Assembly: GCA_045546815.1 (NCBI GenBank)
Contig: JAZQDN010000054.1
Span: 14,801 to 78,800, forward strand
Direction of reading: 5' to 3'
Source of the DNA: Eubacteriales bacterium
GTDB lineage: Bacteria; Bacillota; Clostridia; Oscillospirales; QAKW01
Length of the DNA: 64,000 nt
The notes below the pieces were generated by a model that saw only the letters and a program-made list of their open reading frames with translations, was not told the origin of the DNA and did not search any database. A program made the position numbers and the translations under genes. Each line of letters opens with the position of its first letter. Position 1 is the stretch's first letter. This document shows positions 55,009 to 64,000 of the stretch, one piece after another.

Positions 55009-55078
55009 ATTATTGACTAATTAATAATATGGTTATATAATTAAAACGAATATTATGATGGGAATTTATGTTTTATAA

Positions 55079-55807
55079 ATGTTTAAACTATTTATTGCAG
55101 CATCGGGCAGTAAGGCAAATGCCACGCTTGTGATACACGGCGATAAAGCACTGCTTATCGACTGCGGTACGACCTATAAGGCGCTGTGCGGTGCACTGTG
55201 CGCGGCGGGGCTCGACGTATCCGATATTGCGGCGGTGCTTGTAACGCATAACCACAGCGACCACGTAAAAGGGCTTGAAACGCTGTCAAAAAAAATAAAC
55301 GCACCGTTTTATTCGTGCAGTGATATCGCACACTGCAGTCCGCTGCCGTGCGATACCGAAATATGCGGGATGAAAATATGTCACTTTGACTGCTCGCACG
55401 ATGTCGACTGTGTCGGCTACAAAATATCGGCAGACGGCAAGACGGTTGCGATCGCGACGGACACGGGCGTTGTTACAGAGGCAATGCTTGAAAATATGTC
55501 GGGGTGCGACACCGTTATGCTCGAGTGTAACCACGACCCCGAAATGCTTAAAAACGGACCGTATCCGTATCAACTCAAGCAGCGTATATCGTCGCCTTAC
55601 GGTCATCTTTCAAACACTGACTGCGCAAAAACACTTGTGCATCTTGCAACTCTCGGCACAAAGACTGCGGTGCTTGCGCATATGAGTGAAACCAACAACA
55701 CGCCGTTGCTTGCCCGCCACGCTGTAAAAACCGAGTTGGAAAAGTACGGGCTTGAAAAAAATATTAACGTTTACTGTGCAGATAATTTAACAGAAATTGA
55801 AATATAA
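55079..55807 (+). CDS. MBL-fold metallo-hydrolase (YycJ/WalJ-like)
   Basis: 242 aa. VTHNHSDHVKG motif. Confidence 0.75.
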   Translation: MFKLFIAASGSKANATLVIHGDKALLIDCGTTYKALCGALCAAGLDVSDIAAVLVTHNHSDHVKGLETLSKKINAPFYSCSDIAHCSPLPCDTEICGMKICHFDCSHDVDCVGYKISADGKTVAIATDTGVVTEAMLENMSGCDTVMLECNHDPEMLKNGPYPYQLKQRISSPYGHLSNTDCAKTLVHLATLGTKTAVLAHMSETNNTPLLARHAVKTELEKYGLEKNINVYCADNLTEIEI

Positions 55808-55820
55808 AGGAGATATAAAA

Positions 55821-56507
55821 ATGCAGGCTAACGAAAACAAAAATCTTGTAATTGAGGTTGAGGGCAACGAATACGAGCGTTACCCCATCAAAACACACGT
55901 AATCACCGACGCTGATGACATTTGCGACGTTTGCGAAAAATATGCAAAGGACGTAATGCAAGAGGGCGATATTCTCTTTATTTCGGAAAAATGCGTTGCC
56001 TGCACACAAAAGCGTGCAATTCCTATGGACGAGATAAAGCCCCGTCCGCTGGCAAAGCTGCTTTGTAAGTTTGTGTACAAATCACCCTATGGCATCGGTC
56101 TTTCCATTCCGCAGACAATGGAGATGGCTCTGCGCGAGTGCGGTACAATAAAAATTCTGTTTGCGGCGTTTTGCTCTGCCTGCGGTAAAATGGTTGGCAA
56201 GCGCGGCATCTTTTACGATATTGTCGGCAAAAAGGCAAAGTCGATTGACGGTCCGTGCGACTGTACCATCCCGCCCTACAACCGCTGTGTTGTACTCGGC
56301 CCCGTCGAGCCTGACAAGGTGGCGCGTCAGATCAAGGAGCGCATCGGCTTTGATACAATCATTGTCGATATAAACGACCTCGACGGCGATATCCTCGGCA
56401 TCTCGGACGAGAGCATATCACGCGAGCTTTATGCAAAGGTACTTAAGGACAACCCCCTCGGTCAGTCGCGTCAGCAGACACCTATGGGTATTATCCGCAA
56501 AAAATAA
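55821..56507 (+). CDS. CofE-like (F420-0:gamma-glutamyl ligase family) protein (tentative)
   Basis: ATG 55821 with an AAGGAGA RBS. Overall resemblance to Firmicute CofE-like proteins from memory only. Confidence 0.4.
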   Translation: MQANENKNLVIEVEGNEYERYPIKTHVITDADDICDVCEKYAKDVMQEGDILFISEKCVACTQKRAIPMDEIKPRPLAKLLCKFVYKSPYGIGLSIPQTMEMALRECGTIKILFAAFCSACGKMVGKRGIFYDIVGKKAKSIDGPCDCTIPPYNRCVVLGPVEPDKVARQIKERIGFDTIIVDINDLDGDILGISDESISRELYAKVLKDNPLGQSRQQTPMGIIRKK

Positions 56508-57541
56508 TGGTAAAAAAATCACTGATTGCAATGAGCGGCGGTGTTGACTCATCGGTTGCCGCGGCTCTCATATTGAAGGACGGCACAGAGTGCATCGGCG
56601 GCACTATGCGCTTGCATTCTTGCGGCGGTAAAGACGTGAGTGATGCAAAGGCGGTGGCGGACAGCCTCGGTATTGACCATATCACCTTTGATTTTGAAGG
56701 TGACTTTAACAAAGAGGTCGTTGACTACTTTGTAAAGGCGTATGAAAACGGTCTTACCCCCAACCCCTGCATTGTGTGCAACAAGCGTATAAAATTCAGG
56801 GCACTTATTGACGCGGCAGACGGTCTTGGCTGCAGCCATATCGTGACGGGTCACTATGCCCGCATCGAAAAGAGCGGCGACAGATACCTTTTAAAAAAAG
56901 GCGTTGACGAGTCAAAGGACCAGAGCTATGTGCTCTATTCACTTACGCAAGACGAGCTGTCACGCACCCTTTTGCCGCTTGGCTCGCTTTCAAAGTGCGA
57001 GGTGCGCGATATCGCAAAAAGCCTTGATTTTGTAAACGCTGACCGTCCTGACAGTCAGGATATCTGCTTTATTCCCGACGGCGACTATGCCGCGTTTATC
57101 GAAAACTATACAAAAAAGAATTATCCCGCGGGAGATTTTGTTGACACGAGTGGAAATGTTCTCGGTCGGCACCGCGGTATCATACGCTACACGGTCGGAC
57201 AGCGAAAGGGTCTCGGTCTTGCGCTGCCTGCACCAATGTATGTGTTAAAAAAAGAGCTTGACACTAACCGTGTAGTGCTTTGCGAAGGCGATGAGCTTTT
57301 TACGGACACACTCTGTGTCTGGGACTTCAACTGGATCGCTTTCGCACCTCCCAATGGTTCCTTCAGAGCAAATGTTAAAACAAGATATAAAGCAAAAGAG
57401 GCGCCCGCAACTATAACACCTATAAATAACGGTGCGGGTGTAAAAATCGTATTTGATACGCCGCAGCGTGCCATAACACCCGGTCAGGCGGCAGTCGCTT
57501 ATATCGGTGACACCGTTGTCGGCGGAGGAACTATAGAATAG
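56507..57541 (+). CDS. mnmA: tRNA 2-thiouridine(34) synthase MnmA
   Basis: 344 aa. PP-loop IAMSGGVDSSVAA. Conserved NPC..CN and SQD..F blocks. Confidence 0.9.
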   Translation: MVKKSLIAMSGGVDSSVAAALILKDGTECIGGTMRLHSCGGKDVSDAKAVADSLGIDHITFDFEGDFNKEVVDYFVKAYENGLTPNPCIVCNKRIKFRALIDAADGLGCSHIVTGHYARIEKSGDRYLLKKGVDESKDQSYVLYSLTQDELSRTLLPLGSLSKCEVRDIAKSLDFVNADRPDSQDICFIPDGDYAAFIENYTKKNYPAGDFVDTSGNVLGRHRGIIRYTVGQRKGLGLALPAPMYVLKKELDTNRVVLCEGDELFTDTLCVWDFNWIAFAPPNGSFRANVKTRYKAKEAPATITPINNGAGVKIVFDTPQRAITPGQAAVAYIGDTVVGGGTIE

Positions 57542-57555
57542 GAGAAAATTTAATT

Positions 57556-58536
57556 ATGTTTGTTATTGCAATAATTGCGCTTTTGTGCTGGTCGGGCTCT
57601 GACCTGTTTTCAAAGATCGGCACAAAGCAAAAGGATAAGCTGAGCCATTGGAAGATCGGTATTGCTGTCGGTCTTGTAATGGGTATTCATGCGGTATACG
57701 AAATAACAATCGGCGGTGTACCGTTCACATTTAACGACATTATAACCTATTTACCTGCATCTGTTTTATACATTGCGTCAATGGTAATCGGTTATATCTC
57801 GCTTCGCTACATAGAGCTTTCAATTTCGTCGCCAATCTGTAACTGCTCGGGTGCCGTTGCACTTATAATGAGCCTTGCGTACTTTGGCGTAAAATGGGTC
57901 GATGACGACAGCGACGCAATATATCTGAATGCTGCAATAATAGTCGGCGTTGTGCTGATTGTTGCAGGTGTTGTCGGTCTTGGCTTTGCCGAGGCGTTTG
58001 AAAACGAAGAAACACGCAGACTGCGTCAGATGAAGTCAAACAAAAAATATGCAAAAAGCGTTCTTGCCATTTTGCTTCCCGTGCTCTACTGCTTACTCGA
58101 TGCACTGGGCACCTTTGTTGACACTCTTATCGCTGACAAATACTGCGAAAAGCTCGCTGTAGCCAATCCCGCAATGGATGAAACGGCGATTGACCTTCTT
58201 TGCGGCGACACACTCAACGTTGCCTATGAATTTACCTGGGCATTTATGGCGATCGTGTTTGCAATTTACGTATTCGGCATCAAGCGCGAAAAGATCGATG
58301 TCAAGTTTGACGGCGCCAAGGTTATCGGCGGTGTATGCGAAACAGTCGGTCAGGTATTCTATATGATGGTAGTTGTATCGGAATACAAGATAGGCCTTGT
58401 TATCATATCTGCGTACTGCGCGGTATCGTTGCTCTGGAGCAGAATTTTCTTAAAAGAAAAGCTGTCGTGGAAGCATTATCTTGCACTTGCCACCGCCTTT
58501 GCGGGTATACTTATTCTTGGTATATACGACGTATGA
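57556..58536 (+). CDS. DMT/EamA-like polytopic membrane transporter
   Basis: 326 aa, about 10 hydrophobic helices in two halves. The stop overlaps the next start (ATGA). Confidence 0.55.
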   Translation: MFVIAIIALLCWSGSDLFSKIGTKQKDKLSHWKIGIAVGLVMGIHAVYEITIGGVPFTFNDIITYLPASVLYIASMVIGYISLRYIELSISSPICNCSGAVALIMSLAYFGVKWVDDDSDAIYLNAAIIVGVVLIVAGVVGLGFAEAFENEETRRLRQMKSNKKYAKSVLAILLPVLYCLLDALGTFVDTLIADKYCEKLAVANPAMDETAIDLLCGDTLNVAYEFTWAFMAIVFAIYVFGIKREKIDVKFDGAKVIGGVCETVGQVFYMMVVVSEYKIGLVIISAYCAVSLLWSRIFLKEKLSWKHYLALATAFAGILILGIYDV

Positions 58537-59393
58537 TATGTAGCATCTGTCCGAGAAAATGTAATATTGACAGACAGCTTAAAAGCGGCTTTTGCGGCGC
58601 AGGCGACTGTATAACGGTTGCCCGCGCCGCGCCGCATTTATGGGAAGAACCGTGCATTTCGGGCGAAAACGGCTCGGGCACCGTGTTTTTTTCGGGCTGC
58701 TCACTGCAGTGTGTTTTTTGTCAGAACCACGATATTTCGAGAGAGTGTGTCGGCAAAAGCGTAACACAGGATGAGCTTTTTGAAATCTTTTTAAAACTGA
58801 AAGAGCAAAATGTTCACAACATAAATCTTGTGACAGCCGACCATTTTATTCCGCAAATTCTGCCCGTTTTAAAGCGCGCAAAATCACTCAAGCTGCCGAT
58901 AGTGCTCAATACCTCGTCATATCTCGAGGAAAGTATCGTTGACGCGCTTGACGGTACGGTCGATATCTATCTTGCCGACTTTAAGTTTTTTAACAAAAAT
59001 ACGGCACAAAAGTATGCAAACGCGCCCGATTACCCCGAGATTGCCAAAAAAGCAATTGCAAAAATGGTAAATCAGGTTGGCGCGTCGCAGTTTAAAGACG
59101 GTATGATGACGCGTGGAGTTATCGTGCGCGTGCTTGTGTTGCCGGGCAACATAATCGACGCAAAGCAGATAATAAAATATCTGCACACTACCTTCGGCAA
59201 CGATATCTATATTTCGGTTATGAGCCAGTATACCCCTGTCTGTAAGACAGGCTACCCCGAGCTTTCGCGCACACTCAATGACCGTGAGTATAAAAGCGTA
59301 GTCGATTATACAATGAGTATTGGGATAACGCAGGCGTTTTTGCAGCAAAAGAGTTCGGCAAGCGAAAGCTATATTCCCGATTTCAAGGAGTAA
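58533..59393 (+). CDS. Radical SAM protein (PflX-like activating-enzyme family)
   Basis: ATG 58533 (MICSICPRKCN...) preferred over 58335, which lies inside the previous gene. CX3CX2C cluster in GCSLQCVFCQN. Confidence 0.75.
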   Translation: MICSICPRKCNIDRQLKSGFCGAGDCITVARAAPHLWEEPCISGENGSGTVFFSGCSLQCVFCQNHDISRECVGKSVTQDELFEIFLKLKEQNVHNINLVTADHFIPQILPVLKRAKSLKLPIVLNTSSYLEESIVDALDGTVDIYLADFKFFNKNTAQKYANAPDYPEIAKKAIAKMVNQVGASQFKDGMMTRGVIVRVLVLPGNIIDAKQIIKYLHTTFGNDIYISVMSQYTPVCKTGYPELSRTLNDREYKSVVDYTMSIGITQAFLQQKSSASESYIPDFKE

Positions 59394-59396
59394 ACT

Positions 59397-60188
59397 ATGT
59401 TTATTTGTCCCAAATGCAAAAACATATTGTTTTTGAATGAAAAAAGCTATATTTGTAAAGAGGGTCATTGCTACGACGTTGCAAAAAAGGGCTACGTCAA
59501 CCTTCTTATGTCGCAGGTGTCGGGAGAGCGTCATCACGGCGACGATAAAATAATGGCACGCGCACGCGCCGATTTTTTAAATAAAGGCTATTACAGCCCG
59601 CTTGCCGAGGCAATCTGCGACGAGGTAAGGGGAGAGAGCCTGCTTGATGTCGGCTGCGGCGAGTGTTATTATTTATCATTTATAAAAGACAGATTTACAC
59701 AAATGACTTGTTGCGGTATAGATATATCCAAAGAGATTTTAGATGTTGCGGGCGTGCGTACAAGGCCGCGAGGTATAAAGACCGCCGTTGCATCGGGCGC
59801 GAGCCTTCCACTTGGCGATGAGAGCTTTGACACACTTTTGTCGGTATTTGCGCCGATAACGGAAAATGAGTTTTTACGCGTACTCAAAAAAGACGGCATA
59901 CTTATAAGGGTTACCCCCGCCCGTGAGCATTTGTATGAACTGAAGCAGGCGGTGTACGATAACCCGCTGTATAACGATGATCTGTCGCTTGAGCTTGACG
60001 GCTTTGAAATAATAAAAACCAAAGAGATAAATTATACTTTTGAGTGTGACAGGACCGACGCAAAAAACCTGTTCGCGATGACGCCGTATTACTATAAAAC
60101 CTCGCCGAGAGACAAGCAAAAGCTTGACAAAATCAGCAATATAACAATAACCTGCGCTTTTTTGATAACAGTATATAAAAAGCATTGA
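59397..60188 (+). CDS. rlmA: 23S rRNA (guanine-N1)-methyltransferase RlmA-like
   Basis: 263 aa. N-terminal zinc-ribbon CPKC...CKEGHCYDVAKKGYVNLL parallels E. coli RlmA. SAM motif LLDVGCGEC. Confidence 0.8.
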   Translation: MFICPKCKNILFLNEKSYICKEGHCYDVAKKGYVNLLMSQVSGERHHGDDKIMARARADFLNKGYYSPLAEAICDEVRGESLLDVGCGECYYLSFIKDRFTQMTCCGIDISKEILDVAGVRTRPRGIKTAVASGASLPLGDESFDTLLSVFAPITENEFLRVLKKDGILIRVTPAREHLYELKQAVYDNPLYNDDLSLELDGFEIIKTKEINYTFECDRTDAKNLFAMTPYYYKTSPRDKQKLDKISNITITCAFLITVYKKH

Positions 60189-60268
60189 CTTTTAATATTT
60201 ACCCCCATATAATGAAGGCATAAACGCCTCATTTTATGAGGGTAATATTTTTATGTGAGGAAAAAACT

Positions 60269-61192
60269 ATGAAAAAACCGATGAAAGCAGCGTTGTTGCA
60301 CTTCGGCACAAACATGTGGAAGGAAAACGACGGACAGCCGCTTAACATGGACTATGACGTGTGGAAAAAATCCACCGGTACAATGGCAGAGCTCGGCTAT
60401 AACGCGGTTCTTATCGACGTTGGCGAGGCTGTGATATATGACGGCTATCCCGAGCTTGCAATCGAAGGCAGCTGGACAAAGGCAGACTTTAAAAAAGAGC
60501 TTGACAGACTGAGAAAAATCGGACTTACCCCTTACCCTAAGCTTAACTTTTCAACAGGTCACGATGCCTGGCTTAAAGAGTATTCGTATATGGTCGGCAC
60601 CAAAAAATACTACGAGGTATGCAAGGGCACCATCGAGGAGGTTATCGACCTCTTTGACACACCCGAGTTTATACATCTCGGTATGGACGAGGAATGCCAC
60701 ATAATGCAGATAAACTATCACGTATCTGTTGCAAGAACGCACAAAAAGCGTCTTGAGGATATGAACTACCTCTTTGACGTGGTAAGAGCAAAGGGTGTGC
60801 GTCCGTGGATATGGGTCGACCCCACCGCTATCCCTGAGATGGGCGGTGCAGAATACTTTTCTCAAAACATCGGAAAAGACGTTCTTTTGTCAAATTGGTA
60901 CTATCACGACATAAGACGTAAGCAACTCGAAACAACCGAGTATGTGTATGATTTTATCAAGTTTTTTAATTTACTTGACGAGTGGGGATATGAACAGGTT
61001 CCCACAACTTCAATCTGGGGTTATCATCTCAATTCAAAGGACGTTTTGCGCTACTGCGAAAACAATATCGAAAACGATATGGTAGGTTATATGATCGCAC
61101 CGTGGCTTCACTGTGTAAAAGGCGAGGAATATGCACTTCTCACAAATCTTTATAATTTTGACAAGGCTTGGAAAGAAGAGGTGAAAAAATAA
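60269..61192 (+). CDS. Cytoplasmic TIM-barrel glycoside-hydrolase-like protein, paralogue 1 (function unassigned)
   Basis: ATG 60269 (GAGGAA RBS). No signal peptide. HLGMDEE resembles the GH20-type H-x-G-x-D-E catalytic block. Paralogous to the next gene. Confidence 0.35.
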   Translation: MKKPMKAALLHFGTNMWKENDGQPLNMDYDVWKKSTGTMAELGYNAVLIDVGEAVIYDGYPELAIEGSWTKADFKKELDRLRKIGLTPYPKLNFSTGHDAWLKEYSYMVGTKKYYEVCKGTIEEVIDLFDTPEFIHLGMDEECHIMQINYHVSVARTHKKRLEDMNYLFDVVRAKGVRPWIWVDPTAIPEMGGAEYFSQNIGKDVLLSNWYYHDIRRKQLETTEYVYDFIKFFNLLDEWGYEQVPTTSIWGYHLNSKDVLRYCENNIENDMVGYMIAPWLHCVKGEEYALLTNLYNFDKAWKEEVKK

Positions 61193-62145
61193 TGATGAAC
61201 AAAGTTCTTATTTTACGTGTCGGTTCAAACTTTTACGATAAACCCGAGGCACTCGAACCGCTCGATATCGAGGACGGCGGCTACAAGACCGAGGTGTATT
61301 TTGATAAAGACACCTTTGAAAAAATAATTGACGAGGCTAAGGGCTTCGGCTTTGACACCGTAATGCTCAACTTGGGCGAGGGCATCGTTTACGACTCGCA
61401 CCCCGAAATTGCAATCAAGGGCTCAATGCCAAAGGCTGAATTTAAAAAATATCTTGATAAAATCAAGGCTCTGGGTATGAAGATTGCCCCTATGCTTGAT
61501 TTTTCTGCAGTACGCAACGCGTGGATGGGCGAATACTGCACGACTGCGGGCTCACTTTTATATAAAGACGTTTGCTGTGACCTTTTAAGAGAGGTTTTAG
61601 AGCTTTTTGAGGGTCCCGAGCTTTGCCACCTCGGCTTTGAGTCGGAAACCTATGAAAAGCAGAGCCGCAACCCCGTTATCACACAGCGCCGCTGGAACAC
61701 ACTTTACCGCGATATGAACGCACTTTTCGATATCTGTAACGAGTTCGGCACAAGACCTATTATATGGGTTGACGAGGAAACTGTAAAAGAACTCGGCGGC
61801 AAGGACAGATTTTTATTAAACGTTCCCAAAAACGTTATTATTTCGTATCTCTACTTTAAACCCATTTATCCTCACTATATCGAGCAAAACCGCGTTAAGC
61901 CCGAAATGAAGTTTAACGATGAAATCGTGACCTGGGGCTATGATGTGTACCCTATGTGCTCGACCTGGTTCAGACACGAGAGCTCACGCGATATGATAAA
62001 CTATTATTACAGATGCGTCGGACTTGATAAGGTAGGCGGCTGGCTGTGTAACCCCAACTGCTTTACGGTTGAGTCAAAATACTATTGGTTGCTCAACGAT
62101 ATGTTCAGGTTTTCAGAGGCATATAAAGAATTTTTACAGCAATAA
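61192..62145 (+). CDS. Cytoplasmic TIM-barrel glycoside-hydrolase-like protein, paralogue 2
   Basis: ATG 61192 overlaps the upstream stop (TAATG); RBS GAGGTG. Aligns with paralogue 1 (GEGIVYDSHPEIAIKGS vs GEAVIYDGYPELAIEGS). The equivalent block reads HLGFESE. Confidence 0.35.
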   Translation: MMNKVLILRVGSNFYDKPEALEPLDIEDGGYKTEVYFDKDTFEKIIDEAKGFGFDTVMLNLGEGIVYDSHPEIAIKGSMPKAEFKKYLDKIKALGMKIAPMLDFSAVRNAWMGEYCTTAGSLLYKDVCCDLLREVLELFEGPELCHLGFESETYEKQSRNPVITQRRWNTLYRDMNALFDICNEFGTRPIIWVDEETVKELGGKDRFLLNVPKNVIISYLYFKPIYPHYIEQNRVKPEMKFNDEIVTWGYDVYPMCSTWFRHESSRDMINYYYRCVGLDKVGGWLCNPNCFTVESKYYWLLNDMFRFSEAYKEFLQQ

Positions 62146-62146
62146 T

Positions 62147-62177
62147 AAAAAATCCACTCTTGCGAGTGGATTTTTTT
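62147..62177. terminator. Bidirectional intrinsic terminator
   Basis: A-run, atccactc (62152..62159), ttgc loop, gagtggat (62164..62171), T6. Confidence 0.85.
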
Positions 62178-62208
62178 ATGTGTGGGGGCGACCATTGGTC
62201 GTCTGTTT

Positions 62209-64000
62209 TTAATCAAGCTCCTTTTTGCCTGTGTAGAGCTCGTAGTAACGACCCTTTTGCTTGAGCAGGTCGTCGTGGTCACCGCGCTCGATGATCTCGC
62301 CCTGCTCGAGCACCATAATGGCGTTAGAGTTGCGGACTGTCGAAAGTCGGTGCGCGATAACAAAGGTCGTGCGCTCCTTCATAAGTCTATCCATACCGTG
62401 CTCAATATGGCGCTCGGTACGTGTGTCGACCGAGCTTGTCGCTTCGTCAAGCACAAGAATCGGTGCTTTTGATACCGCCGCACGCGCGATGTTGAGCAGC
62501 TGACGCTGACCCTGCGACAGATTTGCGCCGTCGCCTTCAATAACGGTGTCATAGCCGTGCTCAAGACGCATAATAAAGCTGTGCGCCGATGCGGTCTTTG
62601 CTGCGGCGATTACCTCGTCGTCGGTGGCGTCGAGACGTCCGTAACGGATGTTTTCCATAATAGTGCCCGTAAACAGATGCGTGTCCTGAAGCACCATCGC
62701 GATATTTTTGCGCAGCTCCTCGCGCTTGTAGTCGCGGATATCGATGCCGTCAATGGTGATAGAGCCGTCCTGTATGTCGTAAAATCTGTTTAAAAGATTT
62801 GTAACGGTGGTTTTGCCCGCGCCTGTAGAGCCAACAAACGCAATCTTCTGTCCCGGCTTTGCATAAAGCGATATGTTTTTGAGTATCACCTTGTCGGGAT
62901 TGTAGCCAAAGGATACGTTTTTGAGTTCAACGTAGCCCTTCATACCGTCTGCCGAGTGCGCGTCCTGTATATCGGGGCTTTCGGGATCAAGGTCGAGTAT
63001 TGCAAACACGCGCTCTGCGCCCGCAAGCGCAGAAAAGATGGTGGCTGTCTGCTGTGAGATGTTATTTATCGGCATTGAGAAATGGCGTGCGAACTGAACA
63101 AATACCGTAAGACCGCCAAGGTCGAACTTGCCGAGAAGACAAAGGATACCGCCGATACCCGCTGTCAGTGAATAGCTTATCTGTGAGGTGTTGCCCATAA
63201 TGGGCCCCATGACGCCGCCCCAGAACTGTGCGCCGATCTGCTTGTCGCGAAGATCCTCGTTGAGATAGCCAAACTCGGTTTTGCAAATCTCCTCGTGGTT
63301 GAACACCTTTACAACCTTCTGTCCCGTAACGCTTTCTTCAATATAGCCGTTTACAGCACCGAGCGCTGCCTGCTGCGCCGAGTAGTACTTGCGCGATGCC
63401 TTGGCAATAGCCTGACCGCCGAGAATAAATATCGGTGTGAATACAACTGTAATAAGTGTCAGCCAGATGTTTGTGTAAACCATCATCGCAAAGGTGCCCA
63501 CAAGCGTAATTGTACCTGAGATGAGCGATACTATCGCCTGATCGAGCATCATACCGATGTTGTCAACGTCGTTTACAAAACGGCTCATTACCTCGCCCGT
63601 CGGGTTGTTGTCAAAAAATCTTATGGGCAGTGTCTGTACCTTATCAAAAAGATCGTTTCTTATCCGCTCGATAGCGCCCTGCGATATGCCGACCATAAGC
63701 CGCTGCTGAAGGTAGGTGAATACAACGCCCACAAGATATATCGCGATCATAATGCCAAGCATCATAATAAGCCTTGACACACGCTGCTGTACCGTTTTTG
63801 TCGGATCGACAAGTCCGTTGATAACGGGGCGCAGTACATATGAGCCTGCAAGGCTTGCTCCGGTTGATGCAAGCATACAGAAAAGCACCGTTATCAGTCT
63901 GTATTTATAAATGCCGATGTAGTGCATAAGACGTTTTATCGTCTGCTTTAAGTTTTTGGGCTTGCCGCCGCCGCGCATACGCGCACCGCCGCGTCCGCCA
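62209..64000 (-). CDS. ABC exporter, fused permease + ATPase (type I exporter, MsbA/LmrA-like); N-terminus probably beyond the right edge
   Basis: Six-helix TMD, then Walker A GSTGAGKTT, signature LSQGQRQ and Walker B ILVLDEATS. ORF track starts at ATG 63978, but the frame stays open to 64000 (GGRGGAR-MRGGGKPKN), a Gly/Arg-rich N-terminus typical of these exporters. Confidence 0.85.
   Translation of the reverse strand, partial: GGRGGARMRGGGKPKNLKQTIKRLMHYIGIYKYRLITVLFCMLASTGASLAGSYVLRPVINGLVDPTKTVQQRVSRLIMMLGIMIAIYLVGVVFTYLQQRLMVGISQGAIERIRNDLFDKVQTLPIRFFDNNPTGEVMSRFVNDVDNIGMMLDQAIVSLISGTITLVGTFAMMVYTNIWLTLITVVFTPIFILGGQAIAKASRKYYSAQQAALGAVNGYIEESVTGQKVVKVFNHEEICKTEFGYLNEDLRDKQIGAQFWGGVMGPIMGNTSQISYSLTAGIGGILCLLGKFDLGGLTVFVQFARHFSMPINNISQQTATIFSALAGAERVFAILDLDPESPDIQDAHSADGMKGYVELKNVSFGYNPDKVILKNISLYAKPGQKIAFVGSTGAGKTTVTNLLNRFYDIQDGSITIDGIDIRDYKREELRKNIAMVLQDTHLFTGTIMENIRYGRLDATDDEVIAAAKTASAHSFIMRLEHGYDTVIEGDGANLSQGQRQLLNIARAAVSKAPILVLDEATSSVDTRTERHIEHGMDRLMKERTTFVIAHRLSTVRNSNAIMVLEQGEIIERGDHDDLLKQKGRYYELYTGKKELD

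Noticed and set aside
62179-62208. Second small palindrome (cgaccattggtcg) after the shared terminator, as a separate regulatory site.
   Set aside because: It is short (6-bp arms with a 1-nt centre) and lies between a strong bidirectional terminator and the ABC gene stop. Chance is enough to explain it.
1-64000. Scan for rRNA, tRNA, CRISPR arrays, transposases, integrases, phage genes or recognisable defence systems (restriction-modification, abortive infection, toxin-antitoxin).
   Set aside because: I saw no cloverleaf-like or rRNA-like conserved segments, no regularly spaced direct repeats, and no ORFs with DDE, tyrosine/serine recombinase, nuclease-helicase or methyltransferase (other than rlmA) signatures. 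This was a visual scan only; tRNAscan or Infernal would settle it.

Overview
About 64 kb of a Bacillota (Clostridia-like, probably gut-associated) chromosome. It holds roughly 66 protein-coding genes, densely packed, with many translationally coupled overlaps. By eye I found no rRNA, tRNA, CRISPR array, transposase or integrase. Most of the window is housekeeping or metabolic: rhaA sugar cluster, eda/MBL/Fe-ADH operon, clpC, a thyX-tmk-ogg operon, trxA, mltG, pyrR, mnmA, rlmA, and an ABC exporter cut by the right edge. Five regions stand out. (1) 32.4-36.1 kb: an ECF-type sigma factor is translationally coupled to a single-pass membrane protein whose whole extracytoplasmic part is a serpin. 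A second, lipoprotein serpin follows. I read this as a candidate protease-sensing sigma/anti-sigma module, and I know of no described precedent. (2) 0-8.9 kb: a visibly AT-rich, compact type VIIb secretion locus (essC, esaB/yukD-like, two WXG100 genes). It feeds a lipoprotein / lipase-like protein / lipoprotein module that resembles reverse-domain T7SS lipase toxins with lipoprotein immunity. (3) 13.7-20.8 kb: a rhaA-anchored sugar cluster with no kinase. It carries a split RhaEW-like pair, a PHP protein, a sorbose-1-P-reductase-like dehydrogenase and a fused double class II aldolase. (4) Two identical 37-nt perfectly palindromic terminator-like repeats bracket an MFS-LacI cassette. (5) Smaller items: a candidate orphan sRNA, a peroxiredoxin-like protein lacking its catalytic Cys, a mini ferredoxin-thioredoxin-reductase-like gene, and a secreted SH3b-ricin-metzincin protein preceded by a leader mini-ORF. 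All functional calls rest on motif recognition and remembered family sequences. No database search was run.
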